A program made the position numbers and the translations under genes. A DNA stretch of 64,000 nt from an archaeon (GTDB lineage Archaea; Nanobdellota; Nanobdellia; Pacearchaeales; GW2011-AR1): positions 46,770 to 110,769 of the forward strand of contig DAHWKL010000001.1 of the NCBI GenBank assembly GCA_027343665.1, in the 5' to 3' direction. Positions 55,924-63,463 of the stretch are shown here, in pieces (position 1 is the first letter of the stretch; the number at the start of each line of letters is the position of its first letter). The notes under the pieces are model-generated. The model was not told the origin of the DNA. It did no database searches and was given only the letters and a program-made list of their open reading frames with translations.

Positions 55924-56205
55924 ATGACAGAGAAAAGAGCAAAAGAAAAAAGGAAAGAACAGAAGAAAGAGAAGCCAAAGAAGAAAAAAATAGTGATAAC
56001 TAAAGATATGAGCATACTGGAGATAATAGACAAGAAGCCGGAAGCTATAGAAGTCCTGTTTGAGTTCGGTCTGGGGTGCATAAGCTGTGCTTTCTCGCAG
56101 ATAGAGACGATAGAACAGGGAGCATTAGGACACGGCATGAGCGAAGAAGTGATAGACAAAATGATTGAAGAGATAAACAAGATAGAACCTGAAGAAGAAT
56201 GGTAA
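55924..56205 (+). CDS. DUF1858-type redox-disulfide protein (hybrid-cluster-protein-associated family) with Lys-rich N-terminal extension
   Basis: I chose the start at MTEKRAKEKRKEQKKEKPKKKK (55924). The core is ITKDMSILEIIDKKPEAIEVLFEFGLGCISCAFSQIETIEQGA. Confidence 0.6.
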   Translation: MTEKRAKEKRKEQKKEKPKKKKIVITKDMSILEIIDKKPEAIEVLFEFGLGCISCAFSQIETIEQGALGHGMSEEVIDKMIEEINKIEPEEEW

Positions 56206-56364
56206 ATAATTGTCCCGCTAACACTAATCTTAATCCGTTGATTGCTACGAAATTGATTTCTTCACTAAAGAGAATTAATCCCAAAAAAACTCACTTATTA
56301 ATTTAATAAATTTGCAAAATCTTGTACTCAATTTTTAGAGTAATTTGCGCCTTAACCTATTTAA

Positions 56365-56397
56365 GCGGAGCATCCAGGCAAAGCCTGATGCGAAGCA
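56365..56397 (+). repeat. Hairpin repeat family 1, copy A
   Basis: GCGGAGCATCCAGGCAAAGCCTGATGCGAAGCA. It has a GC clamp, a 3x3 purine internal loop, and a 9-bp stem with one unpaired base in the 5' arm. Confidence 0.75.
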
Positions 56398-56482
56398 GTT
56401 AGAATTCTTTTAAGTCCTGCCTTCCACACAATCGTCCGCAAAATTTATATATGAACTGTTTTTAATTTTCTTAGGTGAAAAA

Positions 56483-57136
56483 ATGAGAGAAAATTGTGAG
56501 TGCGAAGATGAAGAATGCGGGTGCAGCAACAATGAGTGCAATTGCGAAAATTGCAGCTGTGATGAAGAAGGATTTTTAGCAATAAATCATCCTGCTCCGG
56601 ATTTCACTGCTGAAGCTTATCATGAAGGAAAGATAAAAAAAGTCTCTTTGGAAGATTATAGGGGGAAATGGGTGATAGTATTTTTCTACCCGGCCGATTT
56701 CACTTTCGTATGCCCCACCGAACTGGGAGAGATGGCAGAGAGGTACGAGACTTTCAAAAAATTAGGATGCGAAATCCTTTCTGTATCAACAGACACACCT
56801 TTTGTCCACAAAGCATGGCATGATGCTTCTGACACGATAAAGAAGATAAAATTCCCGATGGTTGCTGACCCGACACATGAGATATCCTACAAATACGAAA
56901 CGATAATACCTGAAGAGGGAGTCGCATTAAGGGGATCATTTTTGATAGACCCAGACGGGATACTCAAAGCTTACGAGGTACATGACAATTCCATCGGAAG
57001 AAGCGCTGACGAACTCATAAGAAAACTCGAAGCTGCTATTTTCGTGAGAGAAAACGGCGGAGAAGTCTGCCCCGCGAACTGGAAGCCGGGACAAAAGACT
57101 CTTCACCCCGGACTTGATTTGGTCGGGAAGATTTAA
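56483..57136 (+). CDS. Typical 2-Cys peroxiredoxin (AhpC/Prx1 type) with metallothionein-like Cys-rich N-terminal extension
   Basis: 217 aa. The Prx core has FFYPADFTFVCPTE (peroxidatic Cys) and EVCPANW (resolving Cys). The N-terminus MRENCECEDEECGCSNNECNCENCSC carries 8 Cys as four CxC pairs. An AGGTGA Shine-Dalgarno-like sequence lies upstream. Confidence 0.9.
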   Translation: MRENCECEDEECGCSNNECNCENCSCDEEGFLAINHPAPDFTAEAYHEGKIKKVSLEDYRGKWVIVFFYPADFTFVCPTELGEMAERYETFKKLGCEILSVSTDTPFVHKAWHDASDTIKKIKFPMVADPTHEISYKYETIIPEEGVALRGSFLIDPDGILKAYEVHDNSIGRSADELIRKLEAAIFVRENGGEVCPANWKPGQKTLHPGLDLVGKI

Positions 57137-57168
57137 GACGAGAGAAGAGGGGAGGATATCTAATTTCT

Positions 57169-58008
57169 CTACAAATCCTCCAAAGGACTCTTTGTGTTGA
57201 TTAAATTCGGGGAAGCGATATGCGTGTAAATCAAGGTCGTTTCAGGGGACTTGTGACCTAAGAGCGCCTGGACATTTGTGACATCATACCCGTTTTCTAT
57301 TAAATGAGTCGCAAAACTATGCCTTAAAGTGTGCGGATGAATCTTCCTTTTTATCCCGCAAGACTTTGCCGATTTATCGATTATTTTTTGGAGAGTCCTT
57401 ATTGAATATTTTCTTTCGCGATTGCTTTTGAATAGATAATCCGCCTCTGAGAGTTTTTCATCCTTGATTACTTTGTTTATTGCAGGAATCAGATTGTTAG
57501 ACAAGGTGATCAACCTATCCTTTCCACCCTTTCCGTTTCTGACAAATCCGAAATTTTTGTCCAGATTCAAGTCTTTGACTTTCATGTTTATCAGTTCAGA
57601 GACTCTCAAACCTGAAGAATACATAAAACAAACCATCAGCTGATGCTTGAAATTTTTAATCGAGTCTATCAATTTTTTGACTTCATCCTTGGATAAAACT
57701 TCAGGAAGCCTTACAGGGGTCTTTGAATATCTTATGTCAAGCCACATCTTTTTGTCCAGGACTTGAGTAAAAAGAAATCTGATGGCCATATGATAAGTGT
57801 TCAGAGAGTTCCCGGACAAATCTTTCTCAGACAGGTGTTCGAGAAAAAGCCGGACATCTTTTTTTGAGATCTTATCAAGAGTCTTGGGGGAATATTCCAG
57901 AAATCGATTGATGCAGTATAAGTAGGTTTTAGTCGTCCGCGGACTCAACCTCCTTCTTCTGCATTCCTTCTCAACAGATCTCTCGATGTTCACAGGAACA
58001 TAAGACAT
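57169..58008 (-). CDS. Tyrosine recombinase, Xer/phage-integrase family (SAM-like N-domain plus catalytic domain)
   Basis: 279 aa with GLRVSEL (Arg I), HPHTLRHSFATHL (H-x-x-R), LLGH and LIYTHI (catalytic Tyr). There is no IntI-specific insertion between them. Confidence 0.9.
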   Translation of the reverse strand: MSYVPVNIERSVEKECRRRRLSPRTTKTYLYCINRFLEYSPKTLDKISKKDVRLFLEHLSEKDLSGNSLNTYHMAIRFLFTQVLDKKMWLDIRYSKTPVRLPEVLSKDEVKKLIDSIKNFKHQLMVCFMYSSGLRVSELINMKVKDLNLDKNFGFVRNGKGGKDRLITLSNNLIPAINKVIKDEKLSEADYLFKSNRERKYSIRTLQKIIDKSAKSCGIKRKIHPHTLRHSFATHLIENGYDVTNVQALLGHKSPETTLIYTHIASPNLINTKSPLEDL

Positions 58009-58048
58009 GAATAATCAAAGGAGGGGATATATAAAAATTTTTCGAATC

Positions 58049-58083
58049 GTTTTCTGAATTCCGGACTTTTAACGCGGGAAAAC
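58049..58083 (+). repeat. Hairpin repeat family 2 (TTTTCCGG type), copy F
   Basis: GTTTTC...TTCCGGACTT...GAAAAC. It shares the 10-mer TTCCGGACTT with 63353-63362. Confidence 0.5.
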
Positions 58084-58144
58084 CTAAAATTCACCGGAGT
58101 TCGTTAAAAGTCTGTTAGTTGTAATTTCGCACCCAAAAAGTAAA

Positions 58145-58381
58145 ATGGTAAATAAAGTTTATATTGAAGACGCAGAAGATTTAATGAGAGAAAGCAAAAC
58201 TTATAGAAAGATACTTGAGCATAGAAGAAAATGCTCAAAATGGGGAAAAGAGTTTTGCTTAGAATGTTTTGGTGGAGGACTAACTTTATTTACAAAGAAT
58301 TTAAGTGAAGAATTATATTTTAAAGAAAAGGAGGGTGCGAAACTTGGCTCTAACGAGCCACCTGCTACGCAGGACAACTAA
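58145..58381 (+). CDS. Small hypothetical protein (CxxxxxxxCxxC)
   Basis: 78-aa ORF. It is AT-rich apart from its last roughly 50 nt. It may be a spurious read-through into spacer sequence. Confidence 0.3.
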   Translation: MVNKVYIEDAEDLMRESKTYRKILEHRRKCSKWGKEFCLECFGGGLTLFTKNLSEELYFKEKEGAKLGSNEPPATQDN

Positions 58382-58397
58382 TAGGAATTAAATGAAA

Positions 58398-58412
58398 TAA
58401 ATTTTGGCGCGC
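58398..58412. repeat. Left arm of the perfect 15-nt inverted repeat bracketing the panE-like gene
   Basis: TAAATTTTGGCGCGC. Its reverse complement occurs at 59342-59356. Confidence 0.9.
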
Positions 58413-58458
58413 TCAAATAACAAAGCTTTTTAATTAGAATGATTTTTGATATTATAAT

Positions 58459-59340
58459 ATGGATATTTTAATTGTTGGTGCGGGATCAATAGGAGTTTAT
58501 CTAGGGACTTTGCTCCATAGCAAAGGACATAATGTTTTTTTGCTTGGAAGAAAGAAATTGAAGAAATTGCATGAAACAATTCTTATTGGGGAACAAATTT
58601 ATGAAATTCCAAAGAGAATTTATGCCTTCCCAAAAAATAAAACTTATGATTTTGTTTTTATCACATCAAAACTCTACGATTTTGAAAACAATTTGAAGAA
58701 AATAAATGATAATCAGATAAAAACAAAACATCTGGTGAGCATTCAGAATGGAATTGTTGAAAATGAATTATATGAAAAATACACTAAAAAGTTTTCTTTC
58801 TCATCAATATCCGTTTTTGAAGGATTTAGAATTGTAGAAAACCAGCTTATTGTAAATCAATCAAAATCAGGATGGAAAACAGACAATTCAAAAACAGGGA
58901 TTGAGACTTCAAAGGTTTTACAAGATGCAGGAATAAATTGTACAACAGAAGAAAACCTAGATTCAATAAAAGCAGAAAAAACAATAATGAATTGTTGTGC
59001 TAATATTTTATCCGCAATTAAGAAAAAAACATTTTTTGAATTATATAAAAACCCAACAACAAAAGATATAATGGACAATCTTTTCAATGAATCATATGAT
59101 ATTCTGAATCAAGAATACAAATTAAAACCTAAGGAAGAGTTAAGAAAACTTTTTTACCAAATAATACAGCCAATGAAACATTATTCCTCAACATATCAGG
59201 ATGCAATTTCTGGCAGAAAAACAGAAGTTCAATTTCTAAATGGATTGATAATAAAACTAGCAAAAAAACATAAACTCCAGGCACCAACAAATCAGAAATT
59301 ATTAGATGAATTCTTTAGTAAATATCCAAAATCAAAATAA
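58459..59340 (+). CDS. Ketopantoate reductase (PanE/ApbA)-family oxidoreductase
   Basis: 293 aa with MDILIVGAGSIGVYLG (Rossmann fold) and SSTYQDAISGRKTEVQFLNG (family C-terminal signature S-x-x-QD...G-x-x-TE...NG). Confidence 0.75.
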   Translation: MDILIVGAGSIGVYLGTLLHSKGHNVFLLGRKKLKKLHETILIGEQIYEIPKRIYAFPKNKTYDFVFITSKLYDFENNLKKINDNQIKTKHLVSIQNGIVENELYEKYTKKFSFSSISVFEGFRIVENQLIVNQSKSGWKTDNSKTGIETSKVLQDAGINCTTEENLDSIKAEKTIMNCCANILSAIKKKTFFELYKNPTTKDIMDNLFNESYDILNQEYKLKPKEELRKLFYQIIQPMKHYSSTYQDAISGRKTEVQFLNGLIIKLAKKHKLQAPTNQKLLDEFFSKYPKSK

Positions 59341-59341
59341 C

Positions 59342-59356
59342 GCGCGCCAAAATTTA
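59342..59356. repeat. Right arm of the perfect 15-nt inverted repeat bracketing the panE-like gene
   Basis: GCGCGCCAAAATTTA, starting 2 nt after the ORF stop codon. Confidence 0.9.
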
Positions 59357-59362
59357 CTCTGC

Positions 59363-59384
59363 GGTTTTTCCTTCGGAAAAATCC
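59363..59384 (+). repeat. Hairpin repeat family 2, copy B
   Basis: GGTTTTTCC-ttc-GGAAAAATCC forms a 9-bp stem. CTTCGCTCAC follows at 59409-59418. Confidence 0.55.
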
Positions 59385-59480
59385 TCGGGGACGTCTTGCA
59401 GACTTTCGCTTCGCTCACCCTCATTTAACAGCGATTATATAAAATTACCCTGTAACTTCATATAACAGATCCCCGCAACC

Positions 59481-59508
59481 TTTTTATATGAACCCTCTTT
59501 CATATGTT
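59481..59508 (+). promoter_or_regulatory. Conserved 28-nt TATA + inverted-repeat block upstream of the ferredoxin-like gene
   Basis: TTTTTATATGAACCCTCTTTCATATGTT. The inverted repeat is ATATGAA-N6-TTCATAT at 59486-59505. The block is 25/28 identical to 60803-60830. Confidence 0.6.
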
Positions 59509-59530
59509 CGGGAGAATCATATAACTGAAC

Positions 59531-59794
59531 ATGCCAAAGATAAAGTTCAATGACAAAGACGCCGAGGTAGCCGAAGGCGAGAATCCTTATGACACATTCG
59601 AGAAACTCGGGATGGAATTCTCATGCTTCAACGGGATATGCGGAACATGCAAGATGAAGGTCAATAAAGGAATGGAGAACATAAACCCCAAGACAGAAGA
59701 AGAGAATGAATTTCCCCTTGATGATGACGAGAGGCTCGGGTGCCAATGCTCAAGATTAAAAGGAGATATCGAAGTTGAATATGAAGGGTGGTGA
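59531..59794 (+). CDS. 2Fe-2S ferredoxin-like protein
   Basis: 87 aa with a CFNGICGTC...C pattern (C-x4-C-x2-C...C) in SCFNGICGTCKMKV...RLGCQC. Confidence 0.7.
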   Translation: MPKIKFNDKDAEVAEGENPYDTFEKLGMEFSCFNGICGTCKMKVNKGMENINPKTEEENEFPLDDDERLGCQCSRLKGDIEVEYEGW

Positions 59795-59953
59795 CGCCCA
59801 GGGATTTGACTGAAAAGCTCCGAAACGTACTCGCGTCATGTTTCTACGCCAGGAAATAATTATTATCGTCAGATTATGTCCACAGATTAATCAATTTTGC
59901 AAAAGTTAATAATCAACTCCGATGGTTTTTATGACATTAACTATTTTTAACCG

Positions 59954-59986
59954 GCGGAGAAATCAGGCAAAGCTGATTTCGGAGCA
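59954..59986 (+). repeat. Hairpin repeat family 1, copy C
   Basis: GCGGAGAAATCAGGCAAAGCTGATTTCGGAGCA. It has the same architecture as copy A, with a compensatory stem change. Confidence 0.75.
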
Positions 59987-60056
59987 TTGAATATAAACCG
60001 GAGGCAAATTTTAAAGGGGAACAAAGTGCCGGGCGGGCGGGACAGTTCTGAATAAA

Positions 60057-60701
60057 TCACACATCCCAAAAATTGGAGAAATTGTACAAATTTTTCAAGC
60101 CTCTATTTTTAACTTCCCCAGTCACCATAAAAGCAGGATTTAACTCTTGCCCATATCTTACCAATTCCCCGACATTTCCACTCCAAGAATTTCGGGTTTC
60201 ATTGAAAAGGAGATTCACTAACAATCTGCGTGAACGCCTTACATCATTGATACCAAGGTGGTCCAGCAAGGAGCCAGATATCTTTTCTTTTAATGAATTA
60301 TTTTTACTTTGGATATAAACTCTTTTCATATTGGCAAAAAGGTCTTTTGCCTCTGATAAATCATCCTCGCTTAAGAAACTCCAGTAACCTTCTTTCAAAA
60401 ATGAAACAATCCTGTCTGAACCATAATCAATCCCATATTCCAAATTGTATAATTTTCCTTTTTTGTTAAACGTAACCCTTGCAAACGCGTGGGATCCATA
60501 ATGACCTTCTGGGGGTCTATTACTGAAATGAATCTGGAAAGAATTATCCCCCTTGAATCTTCCATTATTTGAGCGCAGAGTTAATCCTAATTCTATCTCA
60601 GGTAAAAATATGCCCTGGTTTTCACATTTGACTGCTTCATCCAACGTTTCATACCCCTTACTGCAAATTTCACAGACATATTTTATTTCTTGCTTTGCCA
60701 T
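60057..60701 (-). CDS. Hypothetical protein with N-terminal CxxC...C zinc-ribbon-like segment
   Basis: 214 aa beginning YVCEICSKGYETLDEAVKCENQG. No family call. Confidence 0.45.
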   Translation of the reverse strand: MAKQEIKYVCEICSKGYETLDEAVKCENQGIFLPEIELGLTLRSNNGRFKGDNSFQIHFSNRPPEGHYGSHAFARVTFNKKGKLYNLEYGIDYGSDRIVSFLKEGYWSFLSEDDLSEAKDLFANMKRVYIQSKNNSLKEKISGSLLDHLGINDVRRSRRLLVNLLFNETRNSWSGNVGELVRYGQELNPAFMVTGEVKNRGLKNLYNFSNFWDV

Positions 60702-60802
60702 GCTCTAAATTCTTATATGGGAGTCTATTTAAGAATTTCCGTACTCCAATGGGATACTAATAAAAAGACTCTGGGAGAACTAATTACCCCTTCATCAAAA
60801 CA

Positions 60803-60830
60803 TTTTTATATGAACACCTTTTCATATGTT
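60803..60830 (+). promoter_or_regulatory. Conserved 28-nt TATA + inverted-repeat block upstream of sufB
   Basis: TTTTTATATGAACACCTTTTCATATGTT. The inverted repeat is at 60808-60827. The block ends 10 nt before the sufB ATG at 60841. Confidence 0.6.
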
Positions 60831-60840
60831 TCAGATTAAC

Positions 60841-62226
60841 ATGTCAAAAATACAGGAAGCATACGCTATGAAGAACCCGGAGGACCTTAAGTTCAAGAGT
60901 CCGGAGGGTCTTTCTGAGGAGCTCGTGAGGCAGATATCCAAAGACAAGAAAGAACCTGGGTGGATGCTCCAGAGGAGACTGAAAGCCCTTGAGATATTCA
61001 ACTCAAAACCAATCCCGACATGGGGACCTAGTCTCAAAGGTCTGGATCTTGACAGGATACACTATTACATTCGCCCCAACGCCAAGAATTCGAAATCATG
61101 GAAAGAAGTTCCGAAAGACATTTATGAGACATTCGAGAAACTTGGAATACCTGAAGCTGAAAGAAAAGCTCTTGGAGGAGTCGGAGCCCAATATGAAAGC
61201 GAAACAATTTACCACAACCTCAAAAAAGACCTTGAGAAAAAAGGAGTCATATTCACGGATTGTGACACGGGCCTGCGTGAGCATGAAGAACTTTTCAGGA
61301 AATATTTCATGACTACATGCATATCGCCGAACCTTCACAAATTTGCGGCTCTTCACGCTGCAGTATGGAGTGGAGGGACTTTCATATATGTCCCTAAAGG
61401 CGTGAAAGTGGAAATCCCTTTACAGGCATATTTCAGGATGAACGCGCAAAAAGGCGGTCAGTTCGAGCACACATTAATAATCGCTGACGAAGGCTCGGAA
61501 ATCCATTACATAGAAGGTTGCTCTGCCCCGCAATATCAGGAAAGTTCTCTTCACGCGGGATGCGTCGAGATACATGTTTTGAAAAACGCACGCGTCAGAT
61601 ATTCCTCAATTGAGAACTGGTCGAAAAATACTTACAATCTTAACACCAAAAGAGCAGTAGTTGAAGAAAGTGGAATAATAGAATGGGTGAATGGAAACCT
61701 CGGAAGCCATACGACAATGCTTTATCCGTGCAGCGTACTCAAAGGAAAAAACGCGAAATCAGATTATATCGGAATAGCTTACGCCGGGAACGGGCAATAC
61801 CAGGACACAGGATGCAAAGTGTATCACTTAAAGGAAAACACATCTTCGACTGTGCTCTCAAAAGGCATAAGCGTGGACGGCGGAGTGACTTCATACAGAG
61901 GCCTTGTCCAGATAAATCCAGGAGCAACCAATTCAAAATCTAGCGTGCGCTGCGACGGGCTTATGCTGGACAACAAGAGCAAAGCTATGACTTTGCCATC
62001 AATGGATGTACATGAAAGCCAGGTCGAAGTCTCACACGAAGCGGTCGTCGGGAAGATAGGAGAAGAGGATCTGTTTTACCTGATGAGCAGAGGACTCTCA
62101 GAGATGGAAGCGACAAAACTGATCGTCTCAGGATTCATAGAGCCTGTAGTTAAAGAACTCCCACTTGAATACGCAGTCGAATTAAATAAACTAATCGAAC
62201 TCGAGATAGAAAACTCCGTTTGTTAA
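60841..62226 (+). CDS. sufB: Fe-S cluster assembly protein SufB
   Basis: It has GLSEELVRQISKDKKEPGWMLQRRLKALE and a beta-helix core ending in EEDLFYLMSRGLSEMEATKLIV. I chose the start at MSKIQ (60841). The track ATG at 60826 lies inside the upstream inverted repeat. Confidence 0.9.
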   Translation: MSKIQEAYAMKNPEDLKFKSPEGLSEELVRQISKDKKEPGWMLQRRLKALEIFNSKPIPTWGPSLKGLDLDRIHYYIRPNAKNSKSWKEVPKDIYETFEKLGIPEAERKALGGVGAQYESETIYHNLKKDLEKKGVIFTDCDTGLREHEELFRKYFMTTCISPNLHKFAALHAAVWSGGTFIYVPKGVKVEIPLQAYFRMNAQKGGQFEHTLIIADEGSEIHYIEGCSAPQYQESSLHAGCVEIHVLKNARVRYSSIENWSKNTYNLNTKRAVVEESGIIEWVNGNLGSHTTMLYPCSVLKGKNAKSDYIGIAYAGNGQYQDTGCKVYHLKENTSSTVLSKGISVDGGVTSYRGLVQINPGATNSKSSVRCDGLMLDNKSKAMTLPSMDVHESQVEVSHEAVVGKIGEEDLFYLMSRGLSEMEATKLIVSGFIEPVVKELPLEYAVELNKLIELEIENSVC

Positions 62227-62227
62227 A

Positions 62228-62590
62228 ATGAAAATAGACTCCATCTACAAAGAAGAGATAATGGAAATTTATTCGGAGAAGCCCAACTTTGGGGAACTCA
62301 AAGTGAAGACCCACGAGGCAAAACTCAAGAATCCCGGATGTGAAGATGAATTCAGTATAGAACTCCTTGTCAAAAATGGAAAAATAAAAGACGCGAAGTT
62401 CACTGGGAAAGGCTGCGTCATATCAACTGTCTCGACAGCAATACTTACAGAAAAGATAAAAGGGATGAAACTCTCTGACGCTCAGAAAATGTCAAAAAAA
62501 GACATGGACAATTTTTTAGGGATAGAGGTCATTCCCACCAGAGTTAAATGTGAACTTCTCGGGCTTGAGATATTAAGGAGAATGAAATGA
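62228..62590 (+). CDS. IscU/SufU-like Fe-S scaffold (NifU N-terminal domain)
   Basis: 120 aa with three conserved Cys in NPGCEDE, GKGCVIS and RVKCELL. Confidence 0.8.
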   Translation: MKIDSIYKEEIMEIYSEKPNFGELKVKTHEAKLKNPGCEDEFSIELLVKNGKIKDAKFTGKGCVISTVSTAILTEKIKGMKLSDAQKMSKKDMDNFLGIEVIPTRVKCELLGLEILRRMK

Positions 62591-63330
62591 AATCAAAAAA
62601 AATCCTTGAGATAAAAGACCTGCACGTTGAAGTCGAAGGAAAAGAAATCTTAAAAGGGCTAAATTTAACCCTTGACTTTGGAAAAGTCAACGCTCTCATG
62701 GGTCCCAACGGTTCAGGGAAATCAACTCTTGTCAATGCAATAATGGGCCATCCCAAATATATTGTGACAAAAGGACAGATTCTTTTTGAAGGAGAAGATA
62801 TAACAAAATTATCTCCTGATAAAAGAGCTAAGAAAGGCCTCTTCCTTTCTTTCCAATACCCTCGGGAGATATCGGGGGTCACAGTCTCAAAATTCCTCAA
62901 GACAGTCTCAAAAGAACTAGACCAAGATTTTTCGCTTTTCAATTTCAAGAAAAACCTGAAGGAAAAGTCGCATATACTCGGAATCTCAAAAGAAATGAAT
63001 GAGAGGTATTTGAATGAAGGTTTCTCCGGGGGGGAGAAAAAGAAAAACGAGATACTGCAGATGTTGATGATGAACCCAAAACTGATAATGCTCGATGAAA
63101 CGGATTCGGGACTTGATGTTGATTCTCTCAAGACCGTCGCAAAAGGCGTTAACTCCGTGATGAAGAAAGACAAATGCACCATCATCATAACACATTACAA
63201 GAGAATGCTCGAATACGTGAAGCCAGACATGGTCTTCATAATGGTAAACGGGAAGATCGCTTTATCAGGTGATGGCAATTTAGCTGACGAACTCGAAAAA
63301 AAAGGATATGGGTGGATAGAGGAAGATTAA
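62587..63330 (+). CDS. sufC: Fe-S cluster assembly ATPase SufC
   Basis: 247 aa with GPNGSGKST, LNEGFSGGEKKKNEILQ, IMLDETDSGLD and ITHY. Confidence 0.95.
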   Translation: MKSKKILEIKDLHVEVEGKEILKGLNLTLDFGKVNALMGPNGSGKSTLVNAIMGHPKYIVTKGQILFEGEDITKLSPDKRAKKGLFLSFQYPREISGVTVSKFLKTVSKELDQDFSLFNFKKNLKEKSHILGISKEMNERYLNEGFSGGEKKKNEILQMLMMNPKLIMLDETDSGLDVDSLKTVAKGVNSVMKKDKCTIIITHYKRMLEYVKPDMVFIMVNGKIALSGDGNLADELEKKGYGWIEED

Positions 63331-63348
63331 ACTTTCAGTCGCCCGCTC

Positions 63349-63376
63349 GATTTTCCGGACTTCGTCACGGTAAATC
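63349..63376 (+). repeat. Hairpin repeat family 2, copy E'
   Basis: GATTTTCCG-gacttcgtca-CGGTAAATC forms 8 bp plus one mismatch. CTTCGCTCAC follows directly at 63376-63385. Confidence 0.55.
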
Positions 63377-63463
63377 TTCGCTCACTTTTATAAAAATAAA
63401 TGATATGTGGGAAAAGTTTAGAAGTATTATCAACTAATATTAGCTTTTATCAACCTTTCATAT

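Noticed and set aside
58398-59356. IR-flanked gene as a classical TIR transposon/MITE, or as a bulge-helix-bulge RNA-processing stem
   Set aside because: No target-site duplication lies outside the IR arms (TGAAA versus CTCTG) and there is no transposase. The direct repeat lies inside the arms. The 15-bp helix is perfect, without the two 3-nt bulges required for archaeal splicing-endonuclease BHB motifs. I keep it as an unexplained insertion-in-hairpin signature.
57169-60056. Canonical integron (IntI + attI + attC cassette array)
   Set aside because: The layout is integron-like. However, the 279-aa recombinase lacks the roughly 35-aa IntI-specific insertion before the HxxR box and looks Xer-like. 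I could not find canonical R''/R' cores (RYYYAAC...GTTRRRY) positioned symmetrically in the spacers. The best cases are CCTTAAC...GTTAGAA around hairpin copy A, and the heptamer AAATAAC lying in a loop rather than a stem. I therefore report it only as cassette-like.
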